Positions 13,238-24,968 of a stretch of DNA of 34,298 nt are shown here, one piece after another. Below the pieces are notes generated by a model, which saw only the letters and a list, made by a program, of their open reading frames with translations, ran no database searches and had not been told where the DNA came from. How positions within the stretch are numbered: position 1 is the stretch's first letter; every line of letters begins with the position of its first letter. This stretch comes from Calcarisporiella thermophila CBS 279.70 (lineage: Eukaryota > Fungi > Calcarisporiellomycota), in NCBI RefSeq assembly GCF_041956535.1, contig NW_027192214.1, forward strand, positions 468,480 through 502,777, read 5' to 3'. A program made the translations under genes and the position numbers.

Positions 13238-14896
13238 CTATCTCTGCTCCTCCTCGACCTTTAGATTCTCCAGCTGATTTCCCAGCTTTGGCAGCCGAAC
13301 ATACACATCCGTCCCATGCCCGTCCAGTGTGAGCACTTGAATACCACCGCCATAGTACTCGGTGTATACTTTGCTCATCGGAAGGCCGAATCCTAAGTGG
13401 AGCATCGCAGGGACGACGGTGTCCTGCTCATTCAATGTCGCCGCCATCTAATGAGGTGATGTTTTAGTATTCACGAGGCTAAACACTCCCCAACCCTATA
13501 TCAAACAGTCTTGGGTATTTACCAGAGGGACATTGACGAAGTTTCCCAATCTTCTTCCCGAGTGAGAATAAGACCAGATGTTCTGGTATATCTCTCTTGA
13601 AATGCCGCCGCCTTGGTCGGATACACGGAACACAAGATCCTTTCCACCCTCGGCAATGGTGACGCGCACAGGCGGCAGTGTGGAGGGGGGGTCGGCCTCT
13701 CCTCGTAACCATGAGGTAGCGGGCATGGATTTCGAGGCATCCGTTGAGGACGTGAAAACGCTAGCGGACCGCGAAAACTCGGGCAACAGCATATCCGAGC
13801 CATCAGCATGCATTCTTAATCTACTTGCAAGGGATGTGGCGGGATCCAAGGGTGCCTCTCCATCCGGTCCGCCATTTGCCCCGCCAGCTTGATGCCGCAC
13901 CGGAGGATTCCCTTCCCGACCAGAGTGCTTTTCTATCACGTGCTGCATCGCATTTTTCAGCAGCTCCGAGAGAACGTACTCGATGTGGTCGGGCACGCAC
14001 GTGAAATGGGCGCCCGTATGGCCCTCAACAATACAGTCAGGGGGTTCGACCCCGTAGTGCGCGCGGCATATATGCTTTGCATGAGAAGCACACCTACTAA
14101 CAAGCTCTGCACTGTTGCAATGAGTGTGTACAATTCCAACGCATCCTCCTCCCTCCCAATGCATAGGATCGCGGAAGCTTGATGTCAGCGCAATGTGATG
14201 TTGAGCAAGGACACGGCGGGAGATACGAGAACGAAGCATTGTGTTCATGAAACGATCTATTTGCGCAGGAGGGATGTAATCAGCACACTCGTGCACCCCG
14301 AGTGCGAGTTGCGGAATAGCGGCTAAATGATCTCGCAGTAAATTGCGCAACAGGTCACAAAATGCATCATTATCCTCCAGCGTCTCGATTGGCTTCACCC
14401 TTCGTAACCGATCAAAAGCCGTCCAGTAGAGCTCGTACACAAGTTCAAAATGAGGGTTGGTGCAAACAATGAACGGGAGATTTTGAAATTCCCTTATACG
14501 ATGCGCTAGGCGTATAGTGAGTTCAGAGCGCACATACCCTGCGCCGCGAAGCAGCTTATCCTCTGTAAGATTCCGGCCAACGACGACGAGCTGCCGCAAG
14601 CTGACATAGGTTTCTGGGCGGGATACGTACTCGTCAAGCACGCGAGATTGGTAAAAGTGCGAGGGAGAATTGGCACGGCTAGCGTGTGGAGTGGTGCGGT
14701 GACGGTGGGGCTGCTGTGCGGGTGGCGATTGGTGCGGCGGAGTAACGGAAGGTGAGGGGGCCACATGGGTGTGATGGAGTGAGTAAAATGATGCAATGGG
14801 CGAGCAATTAAAGTGGGAGGTGGCAATCGGGGCAGAGCGCGTTTGCAAGATTCGTTCCCGCCAGGGAGAGATGCAGTTTTGCCATCCAGGCCTCAT
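13238..14896 (-). CDS. PKP2: Mitochondrial alpha-ketoacid (pyruvate/branched-chain) dehydrogenase kinase, Pkp2-like; ~527 aa, 2 exons
   Basis: Exons 14896-13523 and 13447-13238 (intron GTAAAT..TAG). Motifs: [39 protein letters not shown] (N box), SDQGGGI (G1), [17 protein letters not shown] (G2), [12 protein letters not shown]. The N-terminus is Arg/Ser-rich and presequence-like. The subfamily symbol is tentative. Confidence 0.9.
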
Positions 14897-16457
14897 AATT
14901 ATGGTTCTTATCTAGGGTTTTTGGGGGAGGGGAAGGGGTAGGGAAGTGAGTAAGAAGAGAGAATGAGTGTGAAAATAGAGTCGCTTATCAGAGTAAGATC
15001 GAAATAAGCCACTGGTTCAACCTAAAATCTTAACAAAAAAAGACTCATTCTTACGTCCAAGTGTATAAAAGGGATGAGCTCGCCGGAAACCGTAACTGAC
15101 TAAGATCCCTTAAGCCCTATCCGGCACCTTTTACCTTCACAAAAACATGTATTCGGTGATGCACCACAAATATCTTGTAGCTCGACCATGGCATCGAGGA
15201 GATGAAGGGAGGGAGAGGAATACTAAACCAAACAAAATGAAGCGTATGATATTGTGACGGAGGGAGAATTCCCAGTTCCCGTCTTTCAACTTCGCATAAA
15301 TAATTAATGAAGTTGACAACATTTGACTCTAAATTCAACGGAAATTGTGTCACATGCTCATAGAGCTCCTCAGATAGGACTGTTTGCCCATCATTCCAAC
15401 TGTTCGAAAAATTCCTGGTATAGCTTCAACAAACCCGATATATGGACCATGGATGACGACATATCGACACCGGGAGTGATATGTAATATCGAGAAAGTCA
15501 AATATAATCCACCAGATCGAACGCGATAATGATCGCCTTGGTGGCTTATAATGACAAAGAAAGCCACGCAGCTAGAGCATTGTTGGCCCACTTAATGACT
15601 GAATAGCACCTATTTTGTGATGACGCGTTGATCAGGCAATTGTTTCTGGTTGAGAATAATTCTCGATGCGCCCCGTGTACGTCAAAACTGGTTATGCCCT
15701 GTAAAGGGTATATTGTGACCCTATTGCACAACACTTCGGCTGAGCCTCATTCGAATTGAAGTTGAATGCATGTTGACCCAAGTTATACAGAGGTCTCTGC
15801 TCTTTAAAATGTCTTTGGAAACTAAACATACCTTCTATGACTACTCCGATATGGCCTACCATATCCCATACTAAATCTAGGGCATTCGAAGTGAAATCAC
15901 GTGACTCCATTTATAGTGTATTGTATTTCCTAAACGGCTTATCTCAAAACACCCCCAGATCAACCGCTGACGGGGTAGGGCGAAGTGGTAAAATTGGTGA
16001 GTGGTAAAAGATAGAAAACAAACTGAATGCCAGGAGACATTGAGATTGAACGAAAGTCACGGGAAATTGATACATGAAAATTCGGCTCAGTTCCATTTCG
16101 CTTCATGGTCATGTAAGCTTTGGAAACGCATCTAATAGCACATCCTCCTTCGCATTTTACTTTTTGAATTTTTTCCTTTGGTGCTAAGAACCCAGTGTCG
16201 CCCTCACAAGCTATGCTTGAAACGATTAGCACGATTTCACCTCCACCGTAGGCCGATTCAAAGTCCTTTACCGATTTTTGTTTTAGGCGCAGAAAGATGC
16301 CATGACCGTCCAGTGATGTTCTAACTTTTGCGGTTCCGCGGGAAGAGATGGCATGAGAAGACGCTGGAAAAAGCCCGAGGAGAAAAAAATGGAAAGCCAA
16401 CACTTGGTGAACTGTGCTCTTTCAATAGAAAGAGAGGGAGGGTAATTGGCCTGATTT

Positions 16458-16765
16458 TATCTTTAATTACTGTTCCTTAAATGTCAATTGTTCCCCTTAA
16501 TATTTCGCTCTCTATCAGCCCTGTCCCGTTTATCCACCAGGCGTTCAATGGTCCTCTTTAAGACGGATAAGGTTGTGTTTTCTGTCGATTCTAATAGTGC
16601 ATCTAAGATTTTCAGTTAACGTTATACATTCCCTTATCAGATACGATCAAGGGCCGCTAGTTCGTTTGGTGATCAATCCGGAACTTTCTTTGGATAAATC
16701 GTGAAAAGATTATCGACATCGTGCACAAGTAGTCACGGTTTTAACCAGCTATCCCCGAAAATATC
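16458..16765. promoter_or_regulatory. Cluster of GATA cores upstream of TF paralog C
   Basis: Ten GATA/TATC cores (six GATAA) in ~310 bp, ending 150 bp before the ATG at 16915. Confidence 0.35.
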
Positions 16766-16914
16766 CCAGAGGTCTCCCATTTCCCCACAAACGGAAATGG
16801 TTCTTAAACCCAGAGCCTCAGCTTTTTTTTCCTACTTTATTTCGTTCTGATTTTTTTTTTCTTGTGTATAAAAAGAAAGAATACGAAAAAATATTTGTGA
16901 AAAAAAAATAGCAA

Positions 16915-18992
16915 ATGAATGGAAACTTACCGACGGTAGTCCATCGGGGCGATGGGGTGAGAAGGTGTCCAGCAAAGGCATGCGAGCAGTGCAGGGCACG
17001 AAAAGTATTAATCATCTTGAATTTTTGATTTCAGCTGCATTCTAAATCTATGCATTCGAACTGAATTAGGCACGATGTAGCCTCGACTGGCCAACTTGCT
17101 CCCGATGTCGGCACCTCAACATTCGGTGTCTCTACCCTTCTGCTGGAGAAGCTGATCTATCCACCTACACACGCCTTTTTTTGCAGCGGGTCAACCAAGC
17201 CGGCGGGCGTGTACTCCAACTTGAGCAGCGGTGGCGTGATATCAAAGCAGAGCTTTCCTCACGCACCCATTTGGATCTGGCCACAATCAGCAATGACGAT
17301 AGCGACAGCGAGAATGCAAAAAGAGGGATTCGGGAATTGCTGGGATTGCCAGTGGGCTGGGTGATCATAGAGCGGAGCGAAGGGGTGCAAATAAAAACGG
17401 ATTTATTAACTGTGGATGATTTGATTCGATTTGCGCAACAGCAGATGGGCAAAATCAGAGTGCCGGATATCTGGTCCCAGCGGAGAACAAATAAGAAATC
17501 GGGGGCCGCCGCTGGGCGAAGTGGGCAGGCGATACACATCACCTTTATTAGGAAATTTGGGCTCTACTCGTCGTCCGGCAACGAGGAGGCGAATGCTCTG
17601 GTGAAACATGAGGCGGCGGGCAAGGCCGCCGAGTGGTGGCGATACCGCTCCTTGATCCATACACTAGTCTCTCGCGCCCAAGAGTGCGATTTCCTCTATC
17701 GAATCATGGACGCACGCCGCTTTGTTGCGGATTTCCCGCAGCTCGATCCCCTCATCAAATGGGCCGTCCTCGCCTGGACGGCTTGGCATTACTACTACCA
17801 ACACAACACGGCAGATCGCTCCTCGCTTGCCGAGTTCGGGGCGCTCGCGTTTGCAGAGTCGCGGCGATTGCTTGAGGAGCGTTTTGACGAGCCATCGATA
17901 GCCACGGTCATCGCGGCCCTGGCACTCCACTATTGCGTGATGTATGAGGGGCGCCAGTCGCCGTTTCTGGGATTAGCACGGCAGCATGTGAACTATCTGC
18001 GCACGGAAACCCACTCGCCCGGGGACCTGGAGAGGTTCCGCCGCGCGGCATGGGCCGTTTCGCTACTGGAGCTTCTCCGTGCTGTTTTCGTGGACGCTTC
18101 GAACCTGTATCTGCTGGAGCCGCTGCTCTCGGAGCACGAGCCCGGTCTTTCCCCAGGAGACAGCGAGGAAATAACCAACTTCACCCCCATTAACATATTT
18201 GGGACGCGTGCCCTCAAGATATGCGCTGACATGCAAAAACGCAAGCCCGAGTACGAGACGGAGCATGCGTTTGTGATGGATTTTGAGCGGATGTTGCTCG
18301 ACTGGGACAAGAAGCGGCCAAGCGCCATGCGCGTGGACATCCTAAGGGCCGAGGTCAACGAGCTGCCCTCAACCCTGTTTCGATACATTCTGGAATATGA
18401 GATGGCGTATACGGCCGTGTTTATCCAGCTTCACTTCAACACCTTCATGGGCCTGATTGCGGGTGCGTCCCGATCCTCGCGCCGGTCGCACTGGACGGCA
18501 GCAGAGCGACATGCCTATGAGGTGTGTCGTCAGTCGGCAAACAGGATCGTGAAGTTGGTCGCTCTGGTGGTTTCACAGCGGAAGCTCTGTGTCATTCCAG
18601 AGCAAGCCGACACGGTGCGTACGGCTTTTGTTGTGCACGAGCAAATCTATTCCAACAGCCCCGATTCCTCGGCTCGCATGGAAGCCCGCGACTATTTGGT
18701 GAGAAGCCTAGAGCTGATGCAAGCGTGCGCGGCCGAAGGGCTGTTGCATGCCCGCTACCTGGTGGAGCTGATTGAAAGCATCCTAGGAGAGAAGGGCATC
18801 AAGAAGGAGAGTGCGGAGGGCGATGAAGGCAAGCGGTTGTTTGAGGTTGCTAGTAAAGAGGCACATGAACTGACCGACCCGGAGACCCTGATCCCTACCC
18901 CCCCGCCTATACCTGGAGAGTTATCACCTCGAGTCTTGGAGAAACGAATGCAGCAGAACCACTTTGCATCAACCAACACGGCCGATTACTGA
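16915..18992 (+). CDS. Zn(II)2Cys6 transcription factor, paralog C (~670 aa, 2 exons)
   Basis: Exons 16915-17004 and 17070-18992. Finger CEQCRARK|ARCSLDWPTCSRCRHLNIRC; DPLIKWAVLAW, LLEERFDEPSIATV (no second intron), ARQH, ERFRRAAW. Confidence 0.9.
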
Positions 18993-19479
18993 GGCGAGCA
19001 AACCAAAAAGAAGTTGCTATTTTCCATTCCTCCTCTTTCCTCTGTCAAGTGCATTCTCCCTTCCCCCCACATATCATTATCTGTACCAGCTCTATCTTTA
19101 TCAGATATTGTAATACTATTTTAAAATGCGGTGGGATGTTTCATTCTTATCCTATTTTATTCAATGGCTTCCAGCTCTTTTTTTTTTATAACCTTCTTAC
19201 CTTAGTGTTTTATGCCTGCTGTATTAGTTTTTTTTTTTGTCTTTCTTGCGCTCTCCTTCCTACCCGTTATTTTATTGTATATAGCATATACATTAATGGT
19301 ACTTTTCATAAAATTTTAAACTCCGCACAACAGAAACTTCCAACCGATTTTCACCAGAATTTGGACAAGTGAACTGTGCTAATACACCGCCAGTTTTTTT
19401 TTTTCCAGGTTTTAGTCATCGTCATCCTCTCCGTCTTTATTTTATTTTTAACTACTCTTCGAATTCTGTTGGAAATGCT

Positions 19480-21699
19480 ATGGAACCTGTGCATCTTATG
19501 CAGTCGATCAATACACTAACGATACTTGTCAAGCCCCAGCCGCCCCAGCAGGAGGCCATCCCTCGTGGACTGTGCCCCGCTCGTGCGTGCGACAATTGTC
19601 GGAAACTTAAAGTACGTATTATCCGATCCATGGTCTTACTCCCAATGGTGGTGATTACCACTGGGGCGCATACCGCCCATGCTGCTTTTGCGGCGTCCTT
19701 GATTTCCCTTGGACCGCATCCATTGCAGCCTACCCCATGTCATTCTTCTTTAATTATTGATCATGCTATGTTGCGCTTATTTGATAGACTTGGTGCAGCA
19801 GAGAGTTGCCTTCATGCGAGCGATGTCGGAAGTACCGCTCTTTGTGCCGCTACCCTGCCAACACAGATGCATTTGAATTCATGCGGATGTTTGTGCAGCG
19901 AATCAACCAGGAGGTTTCGCGAGTCGAACAGCTGGAAGGGGAATTCACCAAATTCACCACCTATGTCCCCCTTCTGCTCGAGGGAGTTGCGAAAAAGAAT
20001 GAGGGGAAGGGGGGCGAGAGCATGTCGCAGAAGAAAACGGAGAATGCTGTGGACCGATGTCCCAAGGAGAGAAAGCTGCAGGAGGAGATGAAGCTGCCAA
20101 AAAATTGGAAGCTGGAGAAGACTCCGTACGGCCTTGCGATCCAGACGGATTTGAGCAGCTTTAGTGATTTCATCCGGTTTGTGCAGTGCCAATTGGGCGT
20201 TGGGAACGACCTTCACTACTTTCATAACGTGCAGCCGGCCTCGGCCAGCCATGCTTCAATATCAAGCCAGTCGAAGCCTGGCTTTTGCATCACCTTCTTA
20301 CGGGAATTCGGCCTCTTTTCCTCGGTGATTGCGGGCGCACACATGCACGACAACGCCGTCGACTTACCCTCCCCGAAAACGCCCGATCTCACCGTTAGCA
20401 CCGTCGGACCCTACCAGCAGTTGGTCCACCGCTTACTGCGGCTCATCAAAGAATGCCCATTTATATATAGGGTCATGCGGCCCGACGATTTTCTGCAGGA
20501 CTACGAAAACGGGACTCTGGACCCCTTGGTGTGGTGGGCAGTGCTTGCATGGAGCGTGAGACATGCCTACTACCAGCACTGCATCTCCTATCGGGAGTGT
20601 ATGCCGGTAGTGGGCAAGTTTACCATGAACAAAGCCCATGAACTGCTGGTGAGTGCATCCCCACCTTCTCCTTGACAGAGAGCCGTTGTATTGACAAAGA
20701 AAACTCTTTTGTTCCATCGAATCTTTCCAGTCCGAACGCTTCGATGAACCCTCCTTGGCCACCTGCATTGGTGCAATTTCGCTCCATTTCTGCGCCCTCT
20801 ACGAGGACCGCGGCCTCACCTACCTAAAGCTCGCACGCCAGCACGTCAACTCCCTTCGTCAAAATCTCGCCTCGACCCTTGGTTCCGAGGTACACAATCC
20901 CAACCACACCCGGTGGATCGAGAAATTCCGCCGAGTGAGCTGGTGCGTAGCGTTTATGGAGTATGTGGCCGTCAATGTTATCGACCCCACCTATCCCGCC
21001 TTTGATGAGCTGAGGCCCGAGGACGAGCCACGGCCGCTGCCTGATGATACCTACGATATTATAATGGGACTACATACCGACATCTATGAGACGCGAGCCC
21101 TCAAGTTCTTGGCGGAGGCGATGAGGCGAAGAGAGAAGGACTATGAATCCGAAGTCGCCTTTGTCGAGGCGGTGGAGCAGAAATTGGTGCAGATCTACTC
21201 GCATCGACCGCAGGAGCTCTTTGTGAACGTGCTGGAGGAAAATGTCTCGCGGATGGTGCTGCGTGCCGTGGCGGAGGACGAGATGTCGCTGTTCAATGTG
21301 AAAATACAGCTTCACTGGCCCGCATTCATCCGCGCGTTGCAGCAGGGGTATTGTGGCGATGACCTGGATGTGGCGGACCTTGGGCCGTCCGAGCGTGCTG
21401 CCTATAAGCTCTGTCTCACGTGTGCAGACCGCGTGATTGTGTATATGAACCGACTGGTGGCCTGTGAGGAATACTGCAAGCTCTACGAGATGTCGGATTC
21501 CATGAACGTGGCCTTCAAGGTGTTCAAGCGTGTGTGCACTGACTCCCCGCATGCCCGAGAGCGGGGCAACGCGCGGCGTCAGATGGAACGCTTACTTGCC
21601 ATCCTAAGGGTGTGTGCCCCGCTGAGGCTCAAGGAGCTGGAGGGGCTGAGGCTACGGATTGAGGAATTCGAGCGCGGCCAGTGTGTATATGAAACGTGA
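19480..21699 (+). CDS. Zn(II)2Cys6 transcription factor, paralog D (~653 aa, 3 exons)
   Basis: Exons 19480-19611, 19788-20648, 20731-21699. Finger CDNCRKLK|TWCSRELPSCERCRKYRSLC; DPLVWWAVLAW, FDEPSLATC, ARQH, EKFRRVSW. Confidence 0.9.
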
Positions 21700-22036
21700 G
21701 GATTTGTGCACGCATTTCACTTCTTACTATAATGCATTTAATATTGTTTCCTTTTCCATATATATATTTATTTGTTTCTGTTGACACTTGTGATTCTGTA
21801 AATAGAGTAGTTTTAATTTATTAGCTTTGTTTTTTTTTTCTTTTTAATGCATTTCACCCTACTCCTCCTTTCATTTTATTACGCATTTTTCTAATCCAAA
21901 GAAGAAATAAAATATACTTGCGAAGCAAAACAAGGCAGTCTAGGGATATATTGCTACACGGTATGCACACGTTTGATATACAGATGACGGCGGGAATGAA
22001 ACAAGAGAAAGGGATGGATAAATAGACCAAGGTCGT

Positions 22037-23041
22037 CTACAGGGCCGGCTTGCTGCCGAATTTTCCGCTCTCTACCCACTCTCGCACCCACGGCCACACT
22101 TTCTCCTGGACCGTCCTCATCTCGGCCGAGGTGATTTCGCCAAGCACATAGTCCGAGACCACGTTGAAGCTGCGATCGTCGGTAGACGCCGGGGGTCGAC
22201 CGATGCCGATACGAAGCCGGGTGAATTTCTAAGGGTGAGAGGTTAGAAAACCGAGCTAGAAGAGGAGAGAAAGAGTGGGTGAAGGGAGGGTGAAGAGGGG
22301 AGCTTACATCAGTTTTGAGAGAAGCAATGATAGATTTGACACCATTATGTCCACTTGATAAGCAAGTTCCAATTAGTCGCTTCTTGTTCCAACGCCCAAC
22401 AGTATTCTTCAAAAACTTACTTTGCACTTCCTCCCATCTTCACTCCAATTTTCCCTAGCTCTCTTTCCAAGTCGTCGTGCAGCACCACAACATCCTTTGT
22501 ATCGAATCCGAGCTCTTTTACTGTCATATGGTAGGATGAGTTGACAGCTCCCCACTGTAGAAAGCACAGGACCAAATGGATATTTACCAATCCGAGCGAC
22601 AGCCTTCCCGTTCTCATTCATATATAATCGCGGTTTAACGAGAGTGAAATTCACCAGCACTGGATCATTGGCTCTACTCTCCGAAATCGATACTCCCGAT
22701 GTCTCAGTTAACTTAGAGCTTTGCGAATTAACATCGCCTGCCGCCCTCAAATCAATTATATTTTGCTTCTTTTGTCTCTGCACTTGTTTCGATCCATTTT
22801 TATTGCTTTGAATCTGTACATAAGTGGATCCATTAGCAATGGCCGCTGGAAACCGTCGATCCATCTGCCATGTTGTGCCCAGACTTTCGGCTAGGTAATC
22901 GATCAAGGTCATTCCGATGCTGTGCCGAGTACGAGGCATTGACCAATTGCCTAGACCAACTAACTACATAACGGGATCCATTTTAATAAATCAGCCGGTC
23001 ATTGTTTCTAGTTTTATGTCTTAGCTTACCAAAATTCTCAT
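22037..23041 (-). CDS. PTH1: Peptidyl-tRNA hydrolase (bacterial-type Pth1), 241 aa, 5 exons
   Basis: Exons 23041-23030, 22963-22588, 22520-22421, 22353-22308 and 22228-22037 join in frame. Motifs: LVGLGN..TRHSIG, KPRLYMNENG, VLHDDLE, GGSANGHNGVKS, RLRIGIGRP, VSDYVL. Confidence 0.92.
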
Positions 23042-24968
23042 TATAATGTGGAATAGGATATGTTCTAAATATGAAGAGTGAAAGAAATTACAAATACAAG
23101 TGATTTAACTAAAAAAAAACAAAATATTCTTAATTTACTAATCGAAACCCAAATTTCTAATCACTCCTCCCCGGAAAGAGCAGTCCAAAACGGTCACACT
23201 ATTCTGGAGAGAATTGTAGATAGTTAAAGAGCGGAATAAACTAGAAAGTTCGGTTTAAAGTGGGTTTTGATAACGCTGATGGCAAAGTTAGTCAGACCAT
23301 CAACGATGACGTACACCCATGGGAGGACTTTCTTCGACTTCGTTACCACGTCTCCAACCGAAAGTACCATTTTTCATTTGTATTGCGATTTGGATAGTGA
23401 AAAGGCATCAGAGTTGCCATCGTGAGAGCCCCGTTGGCATATCTGGATGTCAGGTGCGTAGGATCCGGTTCAACCCATTTTAGAATTCTGGCGTGCGTTC
23501 AATATAAGGCGCAAACAAAGAAGTCCATGTAACCGCCCGGGCCATCATATTAAAAACACTCTTTTGCAGCCGCACGAGGTTGACAAGTGCATTGCGCAAC
23601 GCTAACTTTAGACAAATAAAACATTCAAGAATATAATGCTTCAAAGGCACACACTTGATTCAAAATCCTTGCAGTGGAAAATGGTGCCATCTCAACTATC
23701 AGATTCAGTTCGGCTATTGAAAAGTGGTGTATAATAGCATGATTAAAGTATTATTGGAATAAAGAATATATGACCTAATCCATGGACAACCGGCTAAACC
23801 TCATAAGAGGAGAAAGCAATGCTTCCCTTTCTTCATCAAAGCCCACGTCGGACTTGTTTGAGGGAAGACGTGCTAAAAGTTGAATCTGCTTAAAGAGCAG
23901 ACTAGCTCGCCTACCATTGCGAATATTCTCACGAAAAACAAAGACCATGCCAGGACACTCAAGTTTAGGCTCTCCCCAACTCAGCCCTCTTTTTTGAGAG
24001 ATGGATGATGTTGTGTATTTCCAGATGGGCTTGTATTACTTCGTAGCTCAATCCCGGTTTCTCGCGCGACATTAAAATCATATGGGTAAATGAAGAATGG
24101 TATAATCCGCACCTTCTTTGTCTTTGCGCCATGGAACCGTGTGAATTCACACACTATCTATCGGGGGTTCATTCTTTCATCTTTCCAACACGAGCACGTC
24201 TTCATTCTACAAGCCAGGACCCAGCATATCATGCCCATTGCCAGTCGTCATCCAACGGTCAGACTTGGCTCACTTTGCCTAACTTTCATCCTAGCTATGA
24301 CGTAGGAAAGGGGGCAACTTTCATTTCTGTAAATAAAACAGTGGCTGCCACTTGTTTCATCTCCCCATGGAGCCAATGCCACTTGTATCCTCTCCAAGTA
24401 ATTTAATCCGTAAAAATAGCCTGCGATGCAATCTCAACCCGAAATCTAGGCAGCGGAACCTTGGCGGTCGGACTGAGATTCAAGAATGCGACTTTGGCAT
24501 GCTCAGCGGCAATATAATTTAATCCACACGGACGTTCTCAGTTGCCTGCGCTGTTTGCTGAAGGCCACCGAGCCCCATTCTTGCCGATCTCGCCTCCGGC
24601 TTTACTTGACGCAACTCTATATGCTTTTAGGGCAAGCTTTTGTGTCACGGCCGCCCTTTAGGATTACAAGCCTCAAGTGGATTGGCCAATAAAACGCTGC
24701 TTAAGCTATCACTAGCCACGGACGGGACGGTGCTTCGGCCGCAAGCGGTGAAATGTGAAATTATTAGGGTTCATCAGGAAAACGTCTTCTTACAACCACT
24801 TATGCGGTGCCACTCCGGAAGCGCCCGAGAAAGGAATATAAAGTCAAGGGCCTAGTAATGCTGCCCTGCGAAGGAGCAAAAAAAAAAATTCCTCCGCCCT
24901 ACCAGAGAATCCTACTCAGCCATCCCACTCACACGACCCTTGCTCGGCCATACATACCTCATCCAACA

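Noticed and set aside
15100-16403. Short ORFs in the PKP2/TF-C intergenic region, including the 147-aa ORF 15960-16403 with LDGHG
   Set aside because: Non-ATG or weak starts, no coherent splice model and no recognisable domain. LDGHG alone is too short to call a DDE relic.
19369-20091. 240-aa ORF reading through TF-D intron 1
   Set aside because: It is exon 1 plus a 176-nt intron plus an off-frame tail; the spliced model restores the complete six-Cys finger.
23100-24800. Short ORFs or a possible ncRNA between PTH1 and the hypothetical gene
   Set aside because: No motif, codon bias, paired snoRNA boxes or structure that I can support.
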